Shown in pieces: positions 28,246-40,690 of a stretch of 64,000 bases of DNA. A model generated the notes under the pieces. It was given only the letters and a program-made list of their open reading frames with translations, had not been told where the DNA came from and made no database searches. Position 1 is the stretch's first letter. Each line of letters opens with the position of its first letter. The position numbers were made by a program, and so were the translations under genes. The stretch is from Octopus bimaculoides (Eukaryota), in NCBI RefSeq assembly GCF_001194135.2, contig NC_069005.1:33008946-33072945 (forward strand), in the 5' to 3' direction.

Positions 28246-28830
28246 ATATATATATACGTGTGTGTGCATGTAAATATTTGTATCATAGATAAGTGTGTAT
28301 GTGTGTATATTTACAAATTAGTATATACCTTGATCACTGCTTTAATATCCCTTTTCCATGCTTGCACGTGTCAAATGGAACTTGTTGAGGCAAATTCTTC
28401 AACAGCCAGATTACACTGCATGCTGCCAACCATCCGATTCCAAACAAGGTAATATTTCCCCACGTCCAGGTCATGTTTTTCGCAGAATATTGGAAATGAA
28501 TGTCACTGCTTGCATACCAGTGATACAACTGACACAATGTCAAAAGAGGGAGTCAGAAACACACTCACACACACATATATATATACATGCGCATGTGTAT
28601 ATATAAGCAAGTACTTATATATATACGTACCTATAAGTATTTGCACTTGATATATAAACGCATTACATATTTAAATACATTATATAAATATACCTATATG
28701 CACGTGTACATATATACATATGAAAAAATATATATATAAACGTACATATACACACACGCAGCTATATACATACATACAGATTTATGTATATGTGTATATT
28801 ATACACACACACATGTATACACGATGATTG
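28100..28830. repeat. Low-complexity TA/CA/TG-rich tracts flanking a family D copy
   Basis: Degenerate tatatacatatg / tgtgtg arrays. Confidence 0.8.
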
Positions 28831-28939
28831 TAGAGGAGATGGTGACAAGTGGGAGGGGGGGGACTTCTTAGATATCCTACGTATGAATAAAAGATAAAAT
28901 AATCTGAAACTTGCTTCGAAGCCTCTACGTGCCCTCTCC

Positions 28940-29118
28940 ATCTGCTAGAAATATCAGCTAAATCTAAATCTCTCACATAAAACGTATCCTGGTGTTTTAA
29001 AAGCGGAAGACTGGGTTGGCCAATATAGTTAAGTGCTAGATACATTATGTCTAGATAAAAGATGGGATGGTCACGATTGGAATATCGTCGATTATAGGTT
29101 TACTTGACCAGAGCTGTG
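28940..29118. repeat. Abundant dispersed repeat family E (ctgctagaaat.gcag..aaatct...gatgggatggtcacg..tggaa)
   Basis: Related copies at about 6680, 11520, 20680, 22160, 24300, 30135, 41680, 42500, 43770, 49330-49790, 59990 and 60760. Confidence 0.65.
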
Positions 29119-29278
29119 GCTGAACAACAGCAGGACAGGCATGGAAGATCTAATGGGGAGGAACACAGCCACTTCACCAGAGTCAATAGAATGATGAGCA
29201 CATCAATTAACGATGATGATTTGGAAGTTTACATCAGGGATATATTCCAATATTCTTTGCTTCCCTTGCCGCCATTAA

Positions 29279-29311
<33 letters not shown>

Positions 29312-31992
29312 GGGTAAGAAAGACAAAGTCAAGCCTCCTTTTGCAAAAAAATAAGTCCCCACATACAGAAATGGCAGAAAAAAATATATGATATATATAA
29401 TCATTAATAGGTGAAAACTTTATTATAAACAGTAGGTTATGTAGCGATGCACATCCGTTGATTTGTGTCTCGAATCGCGGTGGCTTCCTGTTAGATCACA
29501 CAACCGCATCATATGCTGACGGAGCTCTTTCTGACCCGCATTATGAAATCTTGTATCTTCCCTCCAGAGCTCAATCCGCCCCGTTCCCACACACACTTTC
29601 CCTCCTTATACACAAACGACCTACTTATCATCACCTTCATCGACAACACCCTTCCACTCCTTTCTACATTATGCCATCCTTTCTTTCATTCCTCCCCAAC
29701 CTTCCTTCTGCATCAAATCGTTCTCCACATGCAACCTAGACATCTCGCGCCGAATTTCACAAAATACCTCGAAAGCATTCTTCAATGGGGTCACACCAAT
29801 TCCGTTTCCTTCAACAATCACCGCACGTGCCTAGAGGACACTATTGTAACGATACGCCCCTAAAATGTTAAACACACACACAACTCGTACCCTAACGATC
29901 GCTTTAGATGGAAGGTCTCAGTAACACAAGAGATAACCTCCTGGATAATACATCCCCTTAACACAAAGACACCATCTTAAAGACTGGTTTTCTTCATAAA
30001 AATCAGAAAACACTTGGGACCCATAATGGAGTAACTACTCACAGGACGACGAGGGACAATACTTTTCGTAGTCTTAAGAAACATGTACGAATAAAAGAGA
30101 GGAAAATATCTCGGAACTTTAATGAAACTTCTATCTCCACTTGCTAGAAATATCAGACAAATCTCTCTCTCTCTCTCAAACTACATCCTAATGTCTTAGC
30201 TAGGTATACCATGTCTGATTAAAAGATGGGAAGATCACGACTGGAAAGGACTTCTAGATCAGAACTGCTTGATCTGAGCTGGAGAGGCACGACGATCACT
30301 GGAGCGCTTTGAGAATAAACAAGTAGATATATAAACAAATAGATGTAATACTTTATAAAAGACTACTGTATACACAGCTGTGTTAATTGCGTGGATGTAT
30401 AAACGTATTAGATTTAGTAGTTCTGACAGCCTGGATGGCATGTAAAAATGGGCTACACTCCAGCCAATACTGTTTTTCCTGTCTTTTCTATATCTAATAG
30501 AGTGGTTTCTGCACCTCGGAATTTGGTTTTGTGCCACCGCCATTTACACGTACTCCCACACGGTACCAATTCCCTTTCCATCTCCATTCACTACGACGCA
30601 CGCCTCGTCTTGCCTTAACAAGAAGGTTGTCTCTGCAGAATTTCCTTCTCTCTGTGCTTTATTTTCCAGCCGTTGACTAAAGTTTAATTATTTTGCTAAC
30701 GCTTTTAGTCAACCTCATCTCCGGAAGAGTCTGCTGGGGTCATGGGTACGGCCCCTTTTATGCAAAACCAGACAAGAAAAAAGAAAACCTACCCATTCCA
30801 ATTCATAAATACCAAAGCATGTCGAGAGAGCGATGGCGGCGGTGAAAGCCGACTAAATTCGACTCCAACAAAGAAGAGGTATGCAACAAAGGGAGATAAG
30901 AATGCGTAACCTCACAAAAGTTTTTTTCTTCCCCCCGTTTAACTACTCTGCTTCTCTTTGCTCTAGATTTTAACCAGATTTCTGGGCTGTTTGCACTCTA
31001 AACACTATAAGCCACAGGTACGATAAACATGCAAATTCATAACATGAACTTTCGACGCTGTATATATATCCATATACACATGCAATCACACTTTAAAATA
31101 GAGAGAGAGAGATTTATTACACAGATAATTCGATTTGACATTTTTTCACCTTATCATGGGAAATGGTTTTTCCATTACACGAATGCCTAACACACACACA
31201 CATACATACATACACGACACAGCGAATGTACCTCTGCATAATAAGTCGACATGCCAGAAAGATCAGTCCGTGACCGCATTAAATAATGTAATCAGAGATA
31301 CACTTTAAAAATAAAGAAAAAGAATCCAAGATGGTGTAAACTACCGACCTGGGAAACCACACAACCACAATAGCTACACCACATGCACCATATAAATGGA
31401 AAATTCGACAAATAAAAATTTAAAACCGAGAGAGTAGGAATAATGAAAAGGTGAAGTGCAGGCCGAGATGGATCGAAAGATATTTGAAAGTAAATAGATA
31501 GGACAATTCTTATATCACAAAGACATCTGGGAAACTGAACAGGTTTCAACAAGCAGTGTATTCAAAATCATAATAATAGTGGTGTCAGCATTGATAAACA
31601 TGTACAAAGACAAAGGGAGGGGTTTATATGTAAACAGGTGTCGTATGAGATGAAGTCTTTAAAACTGTGATATGGGTTCGTTTGACTTTGGCATGGAGGG
31701 GGGGGGGAAACAGAAACATACAAACACACATTTTTCTCTCACACCCACTCACATATACATGCACGCGCGCGCGCGTTTTTAAGACTCGATCTCTCTCAGT
31801 AACCTGCTTCGAGGGAGAGAGAACAGGAAGGTCAAAGACAGGAATGGTTGAAGGAATTTGGCATTTTTGATAAACTACATTGTGTGTGTGGTGCATGTAT
31901 ATATATATATATATAGAGAGAGAGAGGGGGGGGGAGGGGCAATACAAACAAGTAACAATAGAAAACCATGTGTATATATATGTATATATATA

Positions 31993-32002
31993 NNNNNNNN
32001 NN
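31993..32002. other. Assembly gap (10 N)
   Basis: N run inside a (TA)n tract. Confidence 0.98.
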
Positions 32003-32049
<47 letters not shown>

Positions 32050-32727
32050 TTTATCAATATTTAGCAGAAGCACCAGAGTGACTCAAAGACTTAGTGTTTC
32101 GTGCGTTACCATTTATAACATTATATATACATATATAAAGATATATGCATATGTATGTATATATACTATATATGTGGGCGTGGATATACTATATATCATA
32201 TATATATATGGGAACATTTTTTAAATAAGGGAGTACACACACACACGTGTGTACATAAAAAGAGGACAAGATTGTCAGACGGCTAGATGGTTATACAGAC
32301 AAATGAAAAGCTTAGAGACGTGTGTGAATGTGTGTGTATATATATATATAATTATATACATACACGCACAACCACACTTGTTAATTTCACACATAGATAA
32401 GTACATATGAAATATTTTACACGTGTATGTGTATATATATATATACATATATATACACATACATACACACAACCCCACCTCATTTTGCTATTACATATTT
32501 TCAGCGAAGAGAGGAAGTTATATTAAAGAAAACGTAACTCATGTCAGAAAAGCTGTCAAAAACAGCAAGGGAGGAGGAACAAAGGTAGCAAATGCCAACG
32601 CGCACACACACACACACACACACACCAGGTAGTTTTTATATATATAAATATATATATATATAAAACCATAGCCGAAGGACAAACTATACAAATATATATA
32701 ATCATACATATAAAATGGACAGGATAG

Positions 32728-32770
<43 letters not shown>

Positions 32771-32977
32771 TTCTTTTGAGAACTATTAGGTCTTAGTAGA
32801 CACAACATGTGATCTTCTTCTAGCACATTAAATGTCCACTTTAGTGGTCATTATTCTATATAACCATATATATATATATATATATATATATATCAACGAC
32901 AAAAGCAATATTAATAGCAAATTCCCCCCTTACAAGTGGATGTTCTGCTAAAACACAGAATACTGCGATAGTCATCA

Positions 32978-33013
<36 letters not shown>

Positions 33014-33290
33014 CTTAATGTATAGATAAAGTGGTGTACACATTTATATAAATATATAAACAGATAGACTGTGTATAAAACCTTAAGCAAAAGTATTATA
33101 CATATATATGTTTATATACAAATATATATATGACCAGGATTAGTATACAGACACACACACATAGAAAGGGGGGTAGCATTGTTTAGACATGTGAAAACTC
33201 AAATACATAAAAACCGTACACATGTATGTGGTGGCGTATGATAAAATACATAAATAAAAACAAGTAATGTAAGGGTTGTGGGGTACTTAC

Positions 33291-33359
33291 CAGAGCAAAA
33301 AGGTTGGTGTAGCAATCTTCAAGAGAACAGCCGTTTCCCGCAGGACTAGGGTGACTCAT
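33291..33359 (-). CDS. MED13: Mediator of RNA polymerase II transcription subunit 13, first coding exon (23 codons)
   Basis: Minus strand reads ATG AGT CAC ... TTT GCT CTG|gtaagt = MSHPSPAGNGCSLEDCYTNLFAL. This matches the recalled MED13 N-terminus (human [22 protein letters not shown]). Canonical GTAAGT donor at 33290, phase 0. Confidence 0.93.
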
Positions 33360-33471
33360 TGTCACTCCATCTCACAACTCCTGGTTGGCTTTCTTTCTGG
33401 CGAGAAGGGCCAGGGCAGAGCTCCTTGATTTGGAGTGAAATTTAAACTTTCCACGTGAAAATTGACAAAAA
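33360..33471 (-). other. MED13: Probable 5'UTR portion of the MED13 start-codon exon, with candidate splice acceptor at 33472
   Basis: Minus strand has a long pyrimidine tract (ttccccctttctttcttccttccttccattttctgccaccctactacaccaatacccgacAG) ending at 33472. This suggests at least one non-coding exon further upstream. Confidence 0.5.
33362..33370 (-). promoter_or_regulatory. Minimal upstream ORF ATG-GAG-TGA, 2 nt before the MED13 start codon
   Basis: Minus strand ttgtgagATGGAGTGAcaATGAGT. The uATG has G at -3 and G at +4, and it is the only upstream ATG in 33360-33471. Confidence 0.6.
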
Positions 33472-35891
33472 CTGTCGGGTATTGGTGTAGTAGGGTGGCA
33501 GAAAATGGAAGGAAGGAAGAAAGAAAGGGGGAAGAATGAGAGAGAGAGAGGAAACGGGTGAAATATCAACAGCAGACTACTGTACGTCTTACACCGGTGT
33601 GTAGATATGCATGTATGTACATTTAGACATCTATATATACACACATGTAATATATAATCTATACATATTACACACACTTGTAGATCTAGGCATATAAAAT
33701 GTTAGCTTTATATATGGGGGGTTTTCAATGACAAACGATCTTTATGTAATTTAGAGTCACAATAAATAGATATTTTACAAATATATATACATATACTATA
33801 TTCTATAACATATATCCATGTATGTATATATATATTACTGTTATTTTTTACATGTTGATCGTTTGGTGACAATTAGTTCGCTCTGTAATTGTTGTAACAA
33901 TTGTTTCTTTGACCTATTGTAGAATGGAAGAGGGGGATGGGGGAGTTATGAAAATGATGTCGACCAGACACTTTCAGTACAGCTTATCATACACTATATT
34001 ATTATACACACACATATTCACTCACACGTGTCTATGTGTGCCTATATAGTTATACATACATACACATATATATATATATATATAAATAAATCTATGTAAT
34101 TATATATACACATCTATCTATATACACAAATTGAAGAAAGGATTTCATAGATTGACTTAGTTACTTACACACACACAAAAGTCTAAAGTGTGATGTGTTC
34201 TGGTGTATATATATATACAAATAAATATATATATATATTAGTGGGCTCCTGGATGGGGATGTTTTTAAAAGGATGAAGGGGGGGAGGTGTTTCTTTCTCC
34301 TTGATGGTTCTTTAAATCTGTTCTTGTTGATCTAGTAGCAATGGTGATGCTAGTAACATCACACAAGATCGTCGAAGGTTGTCGTAGCAAGAATAGTAAG
34401 GAGAAGAACAATAATGGTAAGAATAATAATAATAATAATAATCGTGGTGTCTGGGAGTAGGCATCACTGTTTCCAAAAGTAACAACAATTGAAGCCACCA
34501 CTTTTTTTTTTCTTAATTTGTTGGGGTTTTTTTAAATTCCAAAAAGGTTTGGTGTTTAGGAATTGAGTTCTTTCTTTCTTTCCGACCTCTGAGAGAAATT
34601 TCCAAATAATAAAAGATCCTATTTAAAAAATAAAATACACAATGAATCGCCTGAAGCAGATATAAACTATGTAATATATATATATAAATAAATATATATG
34701 TATATATAAATTTATATACAATTAAAGAGAGAGAGAGAGGGGTATGAGAATTCTTTTTTTTTTTACATAAATGGATGACGACACTGATAAAAGAAATTGT
34801 GTCGAAATATTATATTCAAATATATATAGCTATATTTATAGGTTCATATGGCATATATATATATATATATATCAGACATATATATATATATATTGAAATA
34901 TATAATGGATTGTTTTATATATATATATGAGAGGTAAAATCCAGGCTAATTTCCCGTGAAAGAAATAATTACATGGGTAATTCTTGGTTTTTTTCTCTTG
35001 GATTTTTCAAATATATATTGACTGTTGTTCCTTTTTGATGACAATAAATATTGCTCCGTTGCTGTTTCGTTGCTTAATATTCCTCTTCTTCATCATCATC
35101 ACATTGAACCGTTTGTCCCGGTACATACAGAGATATATATATATATTTATGTATATATATTTATAAATTATTATATACACATGGAAATAAATCAAATATA
35201 TAATTTATAGACAGAATTATTTCACAACTGTATAATATATAGACTTAGTATTTTAATCTTTTCTTTCACAATTTTCAACACTGAAAATATCTAATATATA
35301 TATTTTTTTTTTCCTTCAATAATTTTACTTTCACCACAACAATTATTAATTATTATTATTAATTAATTAATATAAATAATATCTCAAATCTGGGATACAA
35401 GGATCTGTGGTGGCAAAATTTTTCTTTCTTGACAGAACATCATGAGAAAAATCTCAAATAATACTCCAAAAACTTCCACATATGTAAGTATATATATATA
35501 TATATATATATACAATACTATGTATATATATTTTACATATATACACACAGGTACTCACAGAGAGAAACAAATCTGTAATCGAATAAATCCTTTTTATGAT
35601 ATGTTTTCAAAGATTTTTCTCCTGGTCGCCGCCGACATTTCTTTTGTTTAATCCTTTTTAAAGATGTCTTTGAGAGGGTGTACAAATTTATACTGGTACA
35701 TATACATTTACACAGATATATTATATTGTATTACATATATTTCTGGTTTGTGTATATATATATATATTTTAGCTGAATAATTCACGTTTCTCTCTATTGC
35801 TATTTCACCATCGATTCTCCTTCAGCCGGGATAAAATACCTTTAAAGTCGGACAATGTGTTGTTCAGTTATGATATATATAAATGTGTGTG

Positions 35892-35927
<36 letters not shown>

Positions 35928-38138
35928 CAGTGTATGTATATGTATAAATATTTTGTTTTTTTCCTCGTTTATGTTGTGGAAGAGAAGTGTTTTAAAAGAG
36001 CTGATGGTGAAGTGGTGATCTTCATTCAGTGACGGAAAGGAATGAAGATTGACAACGACGATCATCAGACGATAACTTCCTCAAATTTTTAACTTCTCAG
36101 CAAACAATAGACGAGAAAATAGAGTTGAAATAAAACATTTAAATACTCCTTTGGTGTTTTCAATCAAAATATATACATATATATATATATAATGATTAAT
36201 TAAATTGATGGATACCTAGATACAGATATATGTGGTTAGAGGAAATAATACAATATACAGTGCTAAATATATATAAAGAAATAGATCCAATTGTGGAAAC
36301 CAGATGGAAAATAAATATATATTATATATCAGAGGATTATTTTAGTGGTTTTACAGTCTGGTGTGGATGAAAAACAATTTAAATAAAACAAGTATGATAA
36401 ATACAAAACACACAAATCCACTTTAATGGTGTCTGGTGAAGAAGGTCTTTTCTCTTTTTTCTTTCCTCCTGTATATTTTCCGTTTTTTCACTTTTCGTTT
36501 TGATTGATTATTAGAATTAAATAATCATCAAATGGTTTTTATCCAATTTTCAGTTCGGTTTTCGGGTGGTTTTTAAAATATTTCTTCTTTTTTAAATAAT
36601 CCTCTGCTGTAATATCCTTCTGTATTATAAATATATATATATATATATATATATACAGACTAGTGTTATATATATATAAATATATATCAGATTGTGTTCT
36701 GTTATGTATAATGATTAGATATATACATGTGAATATATATACATATATTGTAATATTATATAAAATGAAGAGTGTGTGTGTGTGTGTGTGGTGTTTTCTT
36801 CCTGCGTGGTCGTCGTCTGTTCGTCTGAATGTCGTCTCTAAGGTAGACACAAGAAAAGCGCCAACAAATAATGTTCCGTTTTGGGGTTGGTTTGTTGCTG
36901 TTGTTGTTGTGACTGGATGGCTTTTTACATACGATCGTTCCTCTTCTTGTTGAAATCTTAATAATCTGTAGAATTTCTGTGGTTATTTCACTTTCTTTAT
37001 ATGTGTGTGTTATTTTTTTCTGTTTTCTTCTTCTCTCCTGCCTGATGAAACAGGGTGCAAAGTACAAGTTAGTAGAAAGCAATAATTACTAATGACGGCC
37101 GTTAAAATACATAGAAACACTCACACACACACATTAAAACATAAAACTCACTAAACTAAACTAGAGAGGTGTGAGAGAGAGTGTGATAGATATAATATAG
37201 ATAGAGAATAGAGAGAGATGTTCATAAAGTGAGGGATCAACGAGAGAGTGAGATAATAGAGACAGAGAAGTAGCAGGACGACAATATATCAAAGTCAAAA
37301 ATGGTGCGAAAGGAAGGAAATAGTTGATGATATATATTATCCTTTCTAGTGGCTTCTGCCTTCGTCTCGCTTGTCTCGTCTCCCTCTCGCCGCTTTTAAA
37401 ACTAAAGTAGCACTGTTGTTTCTCTCCTACGGATGAATGTGAGTGAGTGAGAGAAAGAATCTAAAAGACATAGAGAGAGAGTAATGGGGGATGGAATGAA
37501 GTGAAAAGCTTAGCTGAGAGGGTTGCAGGCGACGAATACTTCTCAAGCAAGTATGAGGGGGGGGGGGAGAAGACTGAAAGAAAAGCAGAGATGATAGCAG
37601 TAATAATAAGACTAATAACAATAATAAACAATAATAATAATGTGGTGATGTTGGTAATGGCGATGTGGTAGACGGTCGGTGCCCTCTCGTTTTCTTGCTT
37701 ATTATCTTCTGGATGGTCCTCACTTATTAATTGGTTCAGAAAACCGTTTGAGGATTTGATTGAAAATGATAGATATGAATATTTTGTGAAATATTCAGAG
37801 GAATATTTTCCTCGGTTATCGTGTAATAGATTCCAATGTTTCCTCTTCTTTCCGTCAGCGTGGTTATGGTATGGTGAGGTGGTATGGCGTGTATTGTCTG
37901 TGTGTCGGTGTGTGTATGAGAGAGAGAGAGAAGGGGGACATGGATAGAGAGAAAGTGTACGAGAGAGAGAGAGAGATTGACTGTCGGTTCTTAAGTTGCT
38001 ATTTCAAAGGAAGAGAAAGGAAACACAATCCAGACACACGGAAACAAAGAGAGAGAGAGAGAGAAACCTCAATTTCTTATTGTTCGGTTGGTTAATCGTT
38101 TGATTCCGTTTATCTGCATATATATATATATATATATA

Positions 38139-38191
38139 NNNNNNNNNNNNNNNNNNNNNNNNNNNNNNNNNNNNNNNNNNNNNNNNNNNNN
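38139..38191. other. Assembly gap (N run)
   Basis: N run after a (TA)n tract, inside the putative MED13 upstream regulatory zone. Confidence 0.98.
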
Positions 38192-38399
38192 CTAGATTCA
38201 ACCAATTCCTGCCAGAAGACACGATGCCCCTTTTTCTCCCTCGATCTTTTCAAGCTTCGTCGTCGCCGTAATTATGACAAGTCGATAAAACAAACAATAA
38301 AAAGGGATTTTTCGTCCGTTTAGAGACGAATCAATGTCTTTATCTTCATAAACAAAAATAATCTTTAGAGAGAGAGAGAGAGAGAAAGGCGGTGTGTAA

Positions 38400-38443
<44 letters not shown>

Positions 38444-40562
38444 TTGTACAGTGTCGATATATATATGTGTATATATTTTTAGTGACTTCCAGTGTTTCTA
38501 ATCGTTGATGTGATGTGACGAGAGAGATAATATATTGGCTGATTAACAACTGTCTGTTTCTTCTCACTTCTACAACGACTTCAGTAATAATTATTATTAT
38601 TCTTTCTATGCAATATTTGTCAAGTTAACAATTGCAGTTAACGTACGTCTCCACCCCGACACATTGACAACAAAATATCTTTCATTAAGGAGTCATCTCT
38701 CTAGTCGTTTCACAGTTGGTGATGATCGGCCGGTGGTGGAGGGGGAGGGAGGGAGCATTGCTTTCACTTCGGTACCGTCACCTTTTCTTTTTCCTTCTCT
38801 TTCTCATGCACAAGCATACATACACAAAAGATTATTACGAGGGGAAAAGGAAAAATTATTTCTATTTTTATTTAATTCTGGTTTTTACGGTTGCATTAAT
38901 AATAATAATATAATTATTTTATCATTATTATTATTATTACTCCTTTAATGTCAGTACTCCTCTCTTTCTTTCTCTCTCAAACACACATACGAACACATAC
39001 CCCTTCGGGAAAAGAAAAAAAATAATTAAAGGTGCAAAGGAGACCCGATGTTTTTTTTTATTGAGGGTCGAAAGTAATAAGTGTCGACGGTGGCGGATCT
39101 ACTTTCGTCAGGTAAGTAGCAGAAATGGCGGTCGGCAGCAACCTCGACTACATTATTTTTCTCTCTCTCTCTCTCTCTCCATTCGGCCCTGTTTCTAACT
39201 CTCTTTTTTTCCTTCTCCGCTTCATCCCTTCCTCCCTCTACCTTTATACTTTCTTTCTCTCTCTCTTTTCGTTCGTATACAACTTTCTCCTCATCCCTCT
39301 CCTCCGCTTGCCGTCAATAGTTCATCTCTCTTTCTTTCCCTCTCATTCGATTCGGTTCTCTTCTAACTTTCTCTTCCTCATCCCTTTACTCCAGTTGAAG
39401 TACATTCCTTTCTTTCTCTCTCGTCTTCCTCTTACTATCACCCCTCTCATTAACTCCTAAGCTTTCACCACTGTATCCCAATCACAATTACCTGCTGCTC
39501 AACCCTCCCTTCCTTTCTCTCTCTCTTTACCATGTTACTTATCTCCCTCCCTCTCTCAAATTCTTTATCTGTCTTCAGGCAAACCTCTTTCCTCACCCTT
39601 CTCTCCTTTAAACTCCCATCGCCAACCTTAATCACTTCTCTTTATCACTCATATTTCTTTTCCCTTCTCCAGTTCTTATCTTAGCCTCTTTCCTTTTCCT
39701 CACACCTTACTCCACTTCCTATCTGACTTAGTCTCTTTCCCTTTTCCTCCTACCACGTCTCAACTTTGTCAACCATCCTAATGGAGCCAGTCTGGCATTC
39801 ACCCTCCTCCCCCTCTCTCTTACACATATTCACTCCCACCCCCGTGATTCCGTTACTCAATGCTTCCTCTCGGACTTTCTCTTCTTCCTACTAAGAACAC
39901 TTCTCAACCACATTTCTCTCTCATTTCTACATTTTCCTTTATTAATAATATATCGTCACCTGTAATCATTTCTTCTTTTTTTTTCTTTGTTTATTTTCAT
40001 CACATCTATTCAAGTTAAACCAACTTTTAAAATTGTTTAAATTAGCACCTCTCAGTCGGATAATCATCCACATGACCTTTTCTTCTGATTCTTTGAACCT
40101 TTATCTCTCTCTCTTTTCCCTTCTATCCATCCCCCTTATGTATATTATTTTTCTCCCTCTATCCATCCATCCACCCCCCCTTTCGTTTTTATATTTTCGG
40201 CTACACTGGCCTCGTTTCGTTTTTTTTTCATACTTTTTCTTCATTACAATTTTATTCTTCCTTTCTTTCACCTTTCTTTTAGAGAAGTCAGTCAATCAAT
40301 TTACTGATGTTTTTCAATTGGGCCAGTAGCAGCAGTAGTAGTAATAAACCAGCTTGCGGAGAGAGAGAGAGAGGCAGGATGATGATGAGAGTGGTGATGG
40401 CGGTGAAAATAATAATAATCTGAAATAAAAGAAAAGAGAGAGAGAGACTACAATAAATATGTTTAGAGGGGGAATCAGAACAAGGACTTTTAATAGAAGA
40501 GTTCAGATGAAGACGAAGAAGAAAGTTCTCCCTTGCTCGGAACAGAACAAGGCGGGTAAGCC

Positions 40563-40690
40563 GATGTCACGCTTTTTTATTGGTCCATTTCCTAGTCACG
40601 TGGAGCCACGAGCGGCTTTCGTCGTCGTCGTTGTTGTTGACCCCAATGTAAAGAACCGGAAGTCGTCCCGTCCACCAACATGGCAGATGC
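40563..40690. promoter_or_regulatory. Housekeeping-type promoter motif cluster (CCAAT x2, E-box GTCACGTG, ETS ACCGGAAGT, YY1-like CAACATGGC)
   Basis: ATTGG 40579-40583, GTCACGTG 40595-40602, CCAAT 40643-40647, ACCGGAAGT 40655-40663 and CAACATGGC 40676-40684 lie within about 110 bp of locally CpG-rich sequence. Confidence 0.55.

Larger units (their letters stand above)
13403..33290 (-). other. MED13: MED13 intron between coding exons 1 and 2 (19,888 bp, GT-AG)
   Basis: Bounded by GTAAGT at 33290 and polyT-CAG at 13403. The exons join in frame as ...NLFAL|TDLCG... Confidence 0.85.

Noticed and set aside
33360-33365. GTG start giving MTMSHP... in the ORF track
   Set aside because: Homology begins at or after the ATG at 33359. 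The GTG overlaps the uORF stop, and non-AUG initiation is unsupported.
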